Positions 35,513-44,700 of a DNA stretch of 64,000 nt are shown piece by piece. The stretch is from a virus. Taxonomy: Duplodnaviria > Heunggongvirae > Uroviricota > Caudoviricetes. The DNA lies in the IMG/VR virus record IMGVR_UViG_3300029415_000001; one strand, given 5' to 3'. Each line of letters begins with the position of its first letter. The stretch's first letter is position 1. A model generated the notes under the pieces. It saw only the letters and a program-made list of their open reading frames with translations, did no database searches and was not told the origin of the DNA. A program made the position numbers and the translations under genes.

Positions 35513-35720
35513 ATTGTGAGTCTAACTGGTTAGTTGCCATGAGATATTCGATTGTGTCAGTGAGGTCATCCAAGTCGTCTTGGGTGATGCGGTACTCCTG
35601 ATTGGATATCTTTGAGTAGTGTTCAGCAATGGCGCGGGCAGCGTCGGTTTCGGCAGGGTCTACAGATAAAGCGTTAGAGCAATGTCTAACGTCGTCGATG
35701 GTTGGTTGAATGAAAGCCAT
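35511..35720 (-). CDS. coi: Coi (C1 inactivator)
   Basis: 69 aa ORF immediately upstream of c1 on the same strand. Confidence 0.75.
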   Translation of the reverse strand: MAFIQPTIDDVRHCSNALSVDPAETDAARAIAEHYSKISNQEYRITQDDLDDLTDTIEYLMATNQLDSQ

Positions 35721-35958
35721 AATTATGCCTCACTGTATTGACAACACAGAGCCTGAAGCTCTGACCTACTGTTTCACCCATGATCCATGCTGGGGTAATC
35801 TAACAACATTGCGCTGTGTGTAAGATGAGCAATGCATAGCTGTAATGCCGTTGTATAAGGTTTCCCTGTTTGCTCATTTCCTTCTGAGCCGCTCTACAAC
35901 GCTGAAGACACATTAAATAGTGAATCCAAAGTCGTATTACGTAACGGCGGCAAAACTA

Positions 35959-35975
35959 TAATTTATTAGAGCAAT
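35959..35975 (-). promoter_or_regulatory. C1 operator (minus strand ATTGCTCTAATAAATTA)
   Basis: 16/17 consensus match in the coi/c1 promoter region. Confidence 0.7.
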
Positions 35976-36041
35976 TGTCAAACAACTATGAAAAACAATC
36001 CAGTTTTTAGCTGGTGGAGTGGGATTTTTCTCTCCAAATTT

Positions 36042-36058
36042 ATTGCTCTAATAATTCT
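36042..36058 (+). promoter_or_regulatory. C1 operator (ATTGCTCTAATAATTCT)
   Basis: 14/17 consensus match; divergent partner of 35959..35975. Confidence 0.65.
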
Positions 36059-36101
36059 TGATTTTTGTGCGCAGCTGGACGTAAACTCCTCTTCGGACCT
36101 G

Positions 36102-36135
36102 ATAACTTCGTATAGCATACATTATACGAAGTTAT
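36102..36135. other. loxP site-specific recombination site
   Basis: Exact ATAACTTCGTATA-GCATACAT-TATACGAAGTTAT. Confidence 0.98.
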
Positions 36136-36324
36136 CTTAAGGGTTATTGAACATGATCAATTTACCTGTAAATCCATACAGTTCAATACCTTATCAGGTC
36201 AAATAGTGATCACTTGATCATTTGATCAAGGTAGCGCTACGTAAAATCTGCGAAATGTTGGCGGTGTTAGTCCTACAGATTTCGCGTAGCGCACTTAGCA
36301 CCACCAATCAATCAGAGGTGAAAA

Positions 36325-36546
36325 ATGGGATATTCAGCTGCTAAAGTGTCCACTCATCTTGAGCTTGAGAAAAACCGTGGTTACTGGCGGGCAAAAGGGT
36401 TTGATCGTGATAGTTGTCAACTGTCATTATCGCGCGGTGAAGAGAAAATAGAACGCACGCGCGGTCGCTGGCGTTTCTATGACGAGAACCATAAACAGGT
36501 AAAGGCAGAGCCGATCCTGTACACTTTACTTAAAACCATTATCTGA
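36325..36546 (+). CDS. possible small ORF between loxP and cre
   Basis: 73 aa, GAGGTG RBS; may instead be untranslated cre leader. Confidence 0.25.
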   Translation: MGYSAAKVSTHLELEKNRGYWRAKGFDRDSCQLSLSRGEEKIERTRGRWRFYDENHKQVKAEPILYTLLKTII

Positions 36547-36553
36547 GTGTTAA

Positions 36554-37585
36554 ATGTCCAATTTACTGACCGTACACCAAAATTTGCCTGCATTACCGGT
36601 CGATGCAACGAGTGATGAGGTTCGCAAGAACCTGATGGACATGTTCAGGGATCGCCAGGCGTTTTCTGAGCATACCTGGAAAATGCTTCTGTCCGTTTGC
36701 CGGTCGTGGGCGGCATGGTGCAAGTTGAATAACCGGAAGTGGTTTCCCGCAGAACCTGAAGATGTTCGCGATTATCTTCTATATCTTCAGGCGCGCGGTC
36801 TGGCAGTGAAAACTATCCAGCAACATTTGGGCCAGCTAAATATGCTTCATCGTCGGTCCGGTCTGCCACGACCAAGTGACAGCAATGCTGTTTCACTGGT
36901 CATGCGACGGATCCGAAAAGAAAACGTTGATGCCGGTGAACGTGCAAAACAGGCACTAGCGTTCGAACGCACTGATTTCGACCAGGTTCGTTCACTCATG
37001 GAAAATAGCGATCGCTGCCAGGATATACGTAATCTGGCATTTCTGGGGATTGCTTATAACACCCTGTTACGTATAGCCGAAATTGCCAGGATCAGGGTTA
37101 AAGATATCTCACGTACTGACGGTGGGAGAATGTTAATCCATATTGGCAGAACGAAAACGCTGGTTAGCACCGCAGGTGTAGAGAAGGCACTTAGCCTGGG
37201 GGTAACTAAACTGGTCGAGCGATGGATTTCTGTCTCTGGTGTGGCTGATGATCCGAATAACTACTTGTTTTGCCGGGTCAGAAAAAATGGTGTTGCCTCG
37301 CCATCACCCACCAGCCAGCTATCAACTCGCGCCCTGGAAGGGATTTTTGAAGCAACTCATCAATTGATTTACGGCGCTAAGGATGACTCTGGTCAGAGAT
37401 ACCTGGCCTGGTCTGGACACAGTGCCCGTGTCGGAGCCGCGCGAGATATGGCCCGCGCTGGAGTTTCAATACCGGAGATCATGCAAGCTGGTGGCTGGAC
37501 CAATGTAAATATTGTCATGAACTATATCCGTAACCTGGATAGTGAAACAGGGGCAATGGTGCGCCTGCTGGAAGATGGCGATTAG
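36554..37585 (+). CDS. cre: Cre tyrosine recombinase
   Basis: 343 aa; MSNLLTVHQNLPALPVDATSDEVRKNLMDMFRDRQAFSEHTWKMLLSVCRSW...; catalytic region HSARVGAARDMARAGVSIPEIMQAGGWTNVNIVMNYIRNLD; loxP 436 bp upstream. Confidence 0.98.
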   Translation: MSNLLTVHQNLPALPVDATSDEVRKNLMDMFRDRQAFSEHTWKMLLSVCRSWAAWCKLNNRKWFPAEPEDVRDYLLYLQARGLAVKTIQQHLGQLNMLHRRSGLPRPSDSNAVSLVMRRIRKENVDAGERAKQALAFERTDFDQVRSLMENSDRCQDIRNLAFLGIAYNTLLRIAEIARIRVKDISRTDGGRMLIHIGRTKTLVSTAGVEKALSLGVTKLVERWISVSGVADDPNNYLFCRVRKNGVASPSPTSQLSTRALEGIFEATHQLIYGAKDDSGQRYLAWSGHSARVGAARDMARAGVSIPEIMQAGGWTNVNIVMNYIRNLDSETGAMVRLLEDGD

Positions 37586-37602
37586 CCATTAACGCGTAAA
37601 TG

Positions 37603-37619
37603 ATTGCTCTAATTCTTTG
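37603..37619 (+). promoter_or_regulatory. C1 operator (ATTGCTCTAATTCTTTG)
   Basis: 13/17 consensus match upstream of the 37636 ORF. Confidence 0.55.
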
Positions 37620-37635
37620 ATATTTATGGTGGCAT

Positions 37636-37947
37636 ATGAGAAAGGATTTCAACATCGACGGAAAATATGTAGTGCTGTCTGTAAGCTCTCAAATTCAGTC
37701 ACCATCTGTCATTGTCACCGTAAAGTTGAGCGATAGGATGCCTGATATCGACTCGATATCTGTTGCGTTCCCCGTTAAAAGCATGCGGAGTGCTGAACAT
37801 TTTGTGATGAATGCAACGGAGGAGGAAGCGCGGCGCGGGCTTACTAGAGTGATAGGGGAATTTGGCGAACTCCTGGGTAAGGTAAACAATGCCCTTTCAA
37901 TCAGTTCAGCAAGGTCCAAAGCGTTAACAGCTTCCATGATGAAATAA
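37636..37947 (+). CDS. hypothetical C1-controlled protein (position of P1 cra)
   Basis: 103 aa ORF downstream of an operator; the overlapping minus-strand ORF is rejected. Confidence 0.4.
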   Translation: MRKDFNIDGKYVVLSVSSQIQSPSVIVTVKLSDRMPDIDSISVAFPVKSMRSAEHFVMNATEEEARRGLTRVIGEFGELLGKVNNALSISSARSKALTASMMK

Positions 37948-38079
37948 AAAAAAGCCTGGCAAGGAGCCAGGCTGCACAAAAGAGCGGGTTTGTATTCCGC
38001 ATCCAATCAATCAAGAAGGAGTATAGCACACAGGTACTGAAGTAAAAAAATGTGATTCGCGAGAAACAAAATATCTACC

Positions 38080-38109
38080 ATTGCTCTAATTGATTGCTAT
38101 AATTTAGCC
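38080..38109 (+). promoter_or_regulatory. tandem overlapping C1 operators upstream of ref
   Basis: ATTGCTCTAATTGATTG (38080..38096) and ATTGCTATAATTTAGCC (38093..38109). Confidence 0.65.
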
Positions 38110-38194
38110 GCAGTTTTTGTCAACTACGAAGACGTTGCCATTACTTCACTCCTTGACATCATTGGCGGCCATTAGGCCGCCTTTTTTTTGCCAT

Positions 38195-38755
38195 ATGAAA
38201 ACAATCGAACAAAAACTTGAACAGCGCCGCGAGTGGCAGAAGGCAGCCAGAGAACGAGCGATCGCTCGGCAACGGGAAAAGTTGGCTGACCCCGCCTGGC
38301 GAGAATCGCAATATCAGAAAATGCGGGATTCTATCGACCGCCGTATCGCTAAACAGAAAGAGCGCCCACCAGCCAGCAAAACGCGGAAAAGTGCGGTAAA
38401 AATAAAATCTCGTGGCTTGAAGGGGCGAACACCGACGGCGGAGGAACGGACCATCGCCAATGCTCTTGGCACTCTCCCCTGCATTGCCTGCTACATGCAT
38501 GGAGTAATATCTGAAGAGGTGTCTCTGCACCATATCTCCGGTCGTACCGCGCCGGGTTGTCATAAAAAGCAATTGCCACTTTGTAGATGGCACCACCAGC
38601 ATGCAGCACCGGCTGAAGTAAGAGCAAAATACCCCTGGCTGGTCCCTGTTCATGCCGATGGTGTGGTTGGAGGCAAGAAAGAATTCACCCTGCTGAACAA
38701 GTCAGAGATGGAGTTACTGGCTGACGCCTATGAGATAGCAAACATCATGCACTAA
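38195..38755 (+). CDS. ref: Ref recombination-enhancement HNH endonuclease
   Basis: 186 aa from ATG 38195; Cys/His HNH-like core CIACYMHG...HHISGRTAPGCHKKQLPLCRWHH; C1 operators upstream. Confidence 0.75.
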   Translation: MKTIEQKLEQRREWQKAARERAIARQREKLADPAWRESQYQKMRDSIDRRIAKQKERPPASKTRKSAVKIKSRGLKGRTPTAEERTIANALGTLPCIACYMHGVISEEVSLHHISGRTAPGCHKKQLPLCRWHHQHAAPAEVRAKYPWLVPVHADGVVGGKKEFTLLNKSEMELLADAYEIANIMH

Positions 38756-38916
38756 TAAATATATTATTTTTAATGATAAATGATTGACAACTGACAAGTG
38801 ACTTCAGTCAGAATCATCACACGCCCGGTACGGATGGATCCCTTTTCAAATATTCCATGGACGGCACAGTCTGAGTACCGGGCGCTACCTTCAGTTGTAT
38901 TGCTAAGCCGCCGCTG

Positions 38917-39585
38917 GTGGCTTTTCTTTTTTGTAGGGGCGCTATGGATAAGAAAATATGCGTTGTTTCGATGAGCGTCGGCAAACCGGCGTCAATGACT
39001 GCCGCATGGATCAACAATGAGCTGATAATGGCTGAGCGGACCAGCTACCCTGAACGCCGCCGCGATATGGAACTCCAGCTGCTGCGCGAATTGCGAGAAA
39101 AAGAGGAAAAGGGTTTTATCGTGCTGGTGGAAGAGGAAAACAGCTTTATTACCGGTCGAGTTGGCCAGCGTGTAAGGTTGCGTGATCCCTTCATGAACGG
39201 CAGACCGGTACTGATTGAAGCAATGCAGATTTACAAGGAACTGGAACGCCAGAAAGCGATCAAGTTACCGCGCAAGGAATCCGGCAAATACATCCTTCAC
39301 CAAAGCATCTTCGATTCCGAACATGACAAAAAAGGCGATGAATTTTTCAACATCAACTGGAGCGAAATAACGACAGAGCACGTTCTGACGTTGTTATGCT
39401 GCTTCGCAACGGAATACAACAACGTTGCAAGCTCCGACTACATCAGGGCAATGGCTGGAGAAGTTGAGGCACGCCAGGAACCATCGTTACTAAGCCCTCT
39501 GATTAACATAATTCGCGGAACCCAAACGCTGGCACAAAAACAGGTGCCTAAGGGAGTATTAACAGGAAAAGGAAATTATCTATAA
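38917..39585 (+). CDS. hypothetical protein at the position of P1 mat
   Basis: 222 aa ORF; G+C composition like backbone. Confidence 0.45.
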   Translation: MAFLFCRGAMDKKICVVSMSVGKPASMTAAWINNELIMAERTSYPERRRDMELQLLRELREKEEKGFIVLVEEENSFITGRVGQRVRLRDPFMNGRPVLIEAMQIYKELERQKAIKLPRKESGKYILHQSIFDSEHDKKGDEFFNINWSEITTEHVLTLLCCFATEYNNVASSDYIRAMAGEVEARQEPSLLSPLINIIRGTQTLAQKQVPKGVLTGKGNYL

Positions 39586-39641
39586 ACGTCAATGCATTAG
39601 GGTATACTTCTCCGTAGAACTATAAGTAAATGGAGTAAGTA

Positions 39642-40949
39642 ATGAGCGAATATGTTGAGTTAGCATACGCTGCCGCTACAAGCAGGCTTTGTCTATTTAC
39701 CGGGACTGGCTTTTCAAAGGCAGTCTCGAACGGTGAAGCTCCAACGTGGAAGGAACTATTAAAAAAAGTTTGCAGCAAAGTTCACAATGCCAAAAAGTTG
39801 GAAGACACGTTATTCCCTGATGATAAACCACCAGCACTGAGTCTTGAAGAAGCCGCACAAATACTATCTTTGAAGCTCAATATTGAGGGTAAGTCGATTT
39901 ATGATGAAATTGTTGACATCATATCTCCAATTCAACTTGGAGAAGGTATATCAAATATAAAAGACTTTTTCCAAAAAAACTCATTCCGTGTCATTACAAC
40001 AAATTATGACAAATTGGCTGAATGCTTGGTTGGAGATGAGAGAGTTCAGTCTATCACTCCAGGATTACCAGTTCCGAAGTATCGTTCTAATGTGAAAATA
40101 TATCATGTTCATGGCTCTATTGACTCACCAAAAAATATGGTTGTCACTTCTGAAGACTACTTTAGGTTTATAAACTCTAACACTTATTTTTCACGAAAAC
40201 TGAGTACAATGCTGCATGAAAATACAGTTGCGATATTAGGATATTCTTTAAGCGACACAAACCTTAAAGCAATTATAAATGATTACAAAACCTTCTCGAA
40301 AGGTAATGCGCTATGCTCTAATATATTTTTCATTTCTCGCAGCAAAGTAAGCCAAGACATGAAGGATTATTATTTTTATTGTTTTGGGATACGAGTAATT
40401 GATAAAACTGAAATAGATTGTTTCTTTGAGCGTCTGAGTAGTAAAATGGTGTTGATTGAAGACATCATGGCAAGAGCCAGAGAAAGTATAAAAAGAGTTG
40501 TTTCAGGGGCTTTTAACTATAGGGATGAATATCTCAAATTAGAGGATTCTTTTTACCAAATAACATCTTCTATTATGTCGGAAGGTTTCGATTGGAGTGA
40601 CAATAAAGTTGTTGGTTTTTTTAAAAGGCTAATCGAACAAAAAAGAGAATTAACAAGAAAAGATGGGGCGTGGGAACAATATGAGCATCTTGCAAAATGG
40701 CTCATATATTTTGGAAGCATCATAGAAATTACTGACACTAAGTATGAAAATGTATATTTAGAGGCAGTCGAATACTCAATGTCCAATATGAGCAAAGAAA
40801 GGCGGTTAGGTTATTCGTGGCATGCTTATAGAGCTTGGGAAACGCGATGGTCTTCAATCATTGCTTCAAATCGATTAATTATAAAAAAACACATCGAAGA
40901 CCTTGGCGTGCTGGATGACGCCAATTCTATAGTGAAAAATATAGTGTAA
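39642..40949 (+). CDS. SIR2-like (sirtuin-fold, predicted NAD+-binding/NADase) protein with uncharacterised helical C-terminal domain; candidate single-gene anti-phage or abortive-infection effector
   Basis: 435 aa; LCLFTGTGFSKAVSNGEAPTWKELL (SIR2 Rossmann start), VITTNYDKLAE, YHVHGS (candidate catalytic His), VAILGYSLSDTNL; gene is markedly AT-rich relative to both flanks. Confidence 0.75.
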   Translation: MSEYVELAYAAATSRLCLFTGTGFSKAVSNGEAPTWKELLKKVCSKVHNAKKLEDTLFPDDKPPALSLEEAAQILSLKLNIEGKSIYDEIVDIISPIQLGEGISNIKDFFQKNSFRVITTNYDKLAECLVGDERVQSITPGLPVPKYRSNVKIYHVHGSIDSPKNMVVTSEDYFRFINSNTYFSRKLSTMLHENTVAILGYSLSDTNLKAIINDYKTFSKGNALCSNIFFISRSKVSQDMKDYYFYCFGIRVIDKTEIDCFFERLSSKMVLIEDIMARARESIKRVVSGAFNYRDEYLKLEDSFYQITSSIMSEGFDWSDNKVVGFFKRLIEQKRELTRKDGAWEQYEHLAKWLIYFGSIIEITDTKYENVYLEAVEYSMSNMSKERRLGYSWHAYRAWETRWSSIIASNRLIIKKHIEDLGVLDDANSIVKNIV

Positions 40950-40971
40950 TTGAAACTCTGCAAACATTTAA

Positions 40972-40991
40972 CGGGCAGCTACAACTGCCCG
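40972..40991. terminator. hairpin between the convergent SIR2-like gene and lxc-like gene
   Basis: CGGGCAG-CTACAA-CTGCCCG followed by A/T-rich sequence. Confidence 0.45.
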
Positions 40992-41000
40992 ATATATAAA

Positions 41001-41249
41001 TCAATCCGCATTCAGGAGCAATGCATTATCTATGATGATTTGCTCCCATTCTTCGAATGCCCGGTCGCGGACGCCCTGGGGAACGCTGTTAGTTTTGAAA
41101 TCGACGACCGTACGCCATTTCCCATCCGGACGGTACATACGCAGAGCTTTACTTCCCCCTTCCCTGCGCACCTCAACGTTATGCTTGTCAGCAAACTCTT
41201 GTAATGCTCGTAGCGTCCCATGCTTTACTGTGTAGTATCGCTTTTTCAA
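41001..41249 (-). CDS. small protein at the position of P1 lxc
   Basis: 82 aa; assignment by position upstream of darB-like gene. Confidence 0.5.
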   Translation of the reverse strand: MKKRYYTVKHGTLRALQEFADKHNVEVRREGGSKALRMYRPDGKWRTVVDFKTNSVPQGVRDRAFEEWEQIIIDNALLLNAD

Positions 41250-41686
41250 GTTTTCTCTCCAGCCTGTGCCAAGGCTTCAACTTCCAAATCGTAAGACTCA
41301 AACTCATAGTCCTGGTCGTCAACTTCTTCAGGCACTGGCAGTAAATGCCAGGCTGAGTATATCTGACCATTATCAAAACGCTCCTGGCTGTAGAGCGTCG
41401 CGGCTATGAGCGTCAGCGCCGGGCGGTCATAACGGTAAATTTTGCGAACGTCACGGTCAACGAGACGACCGAAATTACCATAACCGCGCTCCAGTAATAA
41501 TTTTTTAATTTCCGGCCAGTATGGACCATAGCTGCGGTACAGGCGGGGATTTTTCAGTAATCGCCCGCGTAGCCCTGACAGGAAGAAATCAACGTATTCG
41601 TCTTCTGTCTTTCCTAACAACGCTGTACGGAGTACCGCCTCAAGATATGTTTTATTCGGTTTTATTGTATCAGATAGTGTGGCCAT
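41246..41686 (-). CDS. protein at the position of P1 ulx
   Basis: 146 aa; ATGA-coupled to downstream small gene. Confidence 0.45.
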   Translation of the reverse strand: MATLSDTIKPNKTYLEAVLRTALLGKTEDEYVDFFLSGLRGRLLKNPRLYRSYGPYWPEIKKLLLERGYGNFGRLVDRDVRKIYRYDRPALTLIAATLYSQERFDNGQIYSAWHLLPVPEEVDDQDYEFESYDLEVEALAQAGEKT

Positions 41687-41719
41687 ATTATGCGACGCCC
41701 GGCGAACCGGGCGCTCCTG

Positions 41720-44700
41720 TTATGCGTATTGTTGGATGACGGCCAGAACGTCCGCCACGTTGTGTTTTGTCTCGATAATCCACCAGTTACCCGGGAAATC
41801 GCTGTTCTTCGCCTTCGCTGGCAGCCAGCGAGCGCCGAATTTCGCCTTGATTGCGTCTTTCGCACGGAAAAGAACGCCTTTCATGCCTGAGGCTTCCTGA
41901 AGCCCAAATACCTCGCCAGCGGCGAATTTTGGTGCGTACATCATCTTCAGGTCGGCGGTGGATACGCGATAATTCAGACCAAGAGACTGAGCTATGCTGG
42001 TGGCATCACCCTGTATTGATGATAACTCTTCTTGTTTCTCGTTTCTGGCGGCAATTTCTTCCTCCGTGATGTTGCCAAGGGCCAGGTTTATCCGATCAGC
42101 GTCGGCCTGTTTCTCTTCATCGGTGCGCCCGGCAAGAACCGTGTTAATTCTCTGCAATATCTCCACATGGTTCTTGCGAATGCTGAGCAATTCCGGCGTA
42201 ACCTCGTTAAGGTCCACCAGCCCAAGGATGGCAAGGTCGGAAAACATTGATACCAGGTTGTAGGTCATGCGATAGCTGAGTTGGCCATAGGCTGATGGCA
42301 ACTGCACCGCATCCATTTGATAGGCATCCATAAATTTAGAGCCGTCGTTTACGACATCCGCAATTGCCGGTGTGATTTTCCCTGTGGTGGCGGCCTCCCT
42401 GATTGCTGTTACCCACGATTGAGTCAGCGCGGCGACTGCATGATTCAGATTGGCTTCCCGTTCTGCTGCGATGCGCGCGCTTGCTGCGTCCATTGCCTGC
42501 TTGATCTCGGCTTTATTGCTGTAAATGCCAATAGTGCCAAACTGTGCTGTGGTGATCTCATAATCTGACGCCCGGAACTCATGGGTACCGAAAATGGCAT
42601 TGGTGACCTCAAGTTCAGAATCCCCGTTACGAGTAGCCCCCTGGCTTGTTTTCTCCGGCATTTTTGCGATCGCATCCACTATTTTCTCCTGAATTGCTTC
42701 AGGGGATAACGTATCTCCGTATGACGCGATTACATCGCCATAATTGGAGCCAAACAATTCAACCAGGAATGTTTCTGCCGAACGGATCTGGCGGTTATTC
42801 CCTTCCGACATCATACCAAGCACCCATTTTGCAATTGACGACTTCAGCGCGCCGTCACGGCGATCCGGGTAAACCGCATGCTTCAGTGGGGCCGTATAGG
42901 TACCAACAAAATCAATGCTATAGCCTGACTCTGTAGTCTGAACGCCGTATGAGTCAGTGATTTTGATCATGCCGCGCTGCTGGAAACGGTAGAAATCGTC
43001 ACAGGAAATGATGTCGTTAATCCCGGCGATGGAGACGCCACCACTGATTTTCTGCATAACAGCATCTTCATCGGGAGTTACATCAACCTGTTTATCCAGC
43101 GTCTTCACATCCCAGTTACCCGATTTGGTGCCTTTGAAGGTAAAGATGATCTCCACGTCTGCGCGCTGGCTGTCGAAGTCCAGCGACTTAATGCGAACGA
43201 TATCACCGGCACAATCGTAGTATTGGCCTACACGCCATGAGCGATCGCCGATAACAAGGAACTCATTCGCATGGTTAACCAGATCAGGATCAACATCCAG
43301 AATGCCTTTATTTATTGCATCCTCCACCAGCGGGCGCAGGCGTTTGATATCCGTCGCGGCCTTCTGGGTACGGTTCAATAATTTCTCATAGCGGGAGATG
43401 GCCTGAGAGATATTAGCCTTGCGCTGAATGGCGCTTTTCAACGACGCGCGATACTGTGCTAACAACATACGGTCTGTGTGATGGACACTCCCCCAGCGGG
43501 CCTTCCAGTCTGCGTTATCCGCTGCCTTGGCCATTGCCGCCTGTTTGAATTTAGCTACCTCGGCGGTGGTCTTTTCAAGTTCCGCTTTGCTTCGCTCTAA
43601 TTCAGCGGTAAGTACCTCCACATCCTCGCCAGCTGCGTGCTGCGCCTTGATGTAGTTCTGAAGGTCGATAGTAGCCTGTTCTTTCTGGCGAGCGCGTTTC
43701 GCAGCTTTCGCCTTATCCATTTGAACCTGCATCATTGCCAGACGTTCGCCGTCATCCTTCGCGGTATACATCTGCATTTCGATCATGTCATTGGCGTCGG
43801 CGTTCTCCATTTCTGACTTATCTGAACGGAGGATATCGGAGATCCAGCCTGCTTTACGCTTCAGCGTCTTCAGTCGGTATTCATCGAAAGACCCCTTGCC
43901 GCAGTAGTAGTGAACGCGAACGCTTGCACGGTTGGAACCAACTCGGGCACCGCGACCGTTACGCTGTGCGATACTGGCTGGTGTCCACGGCAACGTCAGG
44001 TGGTGGATATCCGTCGTTCCTCGATGCAGGTTGATACCCACCTCTGCCTTTTTGTTGCAGATGATGATCGGAGTCCGGCCCTCCTGGAAGTCGGCTGCAA
44101 TCTTTTCCAGACCGCCCAACGACATTTCATTTTGCTGCGCGATATAGGCGTCATACAGAGCCATTTGCTCGTTGTATTTCGCTATCTGTGCATCTGTTGG
44201 TTCATCCGGTAACTCTTTCGGCGGTTTAACCGCTTTCAGTTTCTTACCGGTTTTACCTGCCTCGGCAACCGTCTGAGCATTCAGTATCCCCACCTTTGAA
44301 GGTTCAAGGTTAAGAGCATTGCAGATAATGCGCTTGAGCTTCTGGTGCTGCGTTTTTTCATCGGTGAAGATGATTTGCTTACCTTCCGGGAAAAACTCCT
44401 TCAGCGTGGCAATCAGCTTCGCGTATTTGGGCGTAACGGGGTGAGTTACGGTCTGTTCGTCAATGCCAAACCTGGCCAGGCGCTTATTCACTTCCTGCTC
44501 GAACGCTTCCGGAACCTGCAACTGAATAAACTCGCCCTTATCTATCAGGGAGTATTGCGATTGCTGCGTGATTGAATCATCACTGTCGTCGTCTTCGCTG
44601 GTGGCTTGTTTAGGCAAACTGTCCGCCAGCTGCTGCACCGCATCGGCGTACTCCGGCAGGAAACGATAGGTGATCCGGCGATAGTACAGGTCCATGTCAG

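Noticed and set aside
37695-38006. Minus-strand 103-aa ORF overlapping the cra-position ORF
   Set aside because: Contains a strong hairpin inside its frame and lacks an RBS; the plus-strand ORF downstream of a C1 operator is preferred
39642-40949. Assignment of the SIR2-like gene to Thoeris ThsA, SIR2-HerA or DSR families
   Set aside because: No TIR-domain or HerA gene adjacent, the protein is far shorter than DSR proteins, and the C-terminus does not look Rossmann/SLOG-like by eye; left as an unclassified SIR2-like single gene
41001-41249. HicA-like toxin interpretation of the 82-aa protein
   Set aside because: Only a loose resemblance to the HicA pattern, no adjacent HicB-like antitoxin, and the position matches the P1 lxc slot
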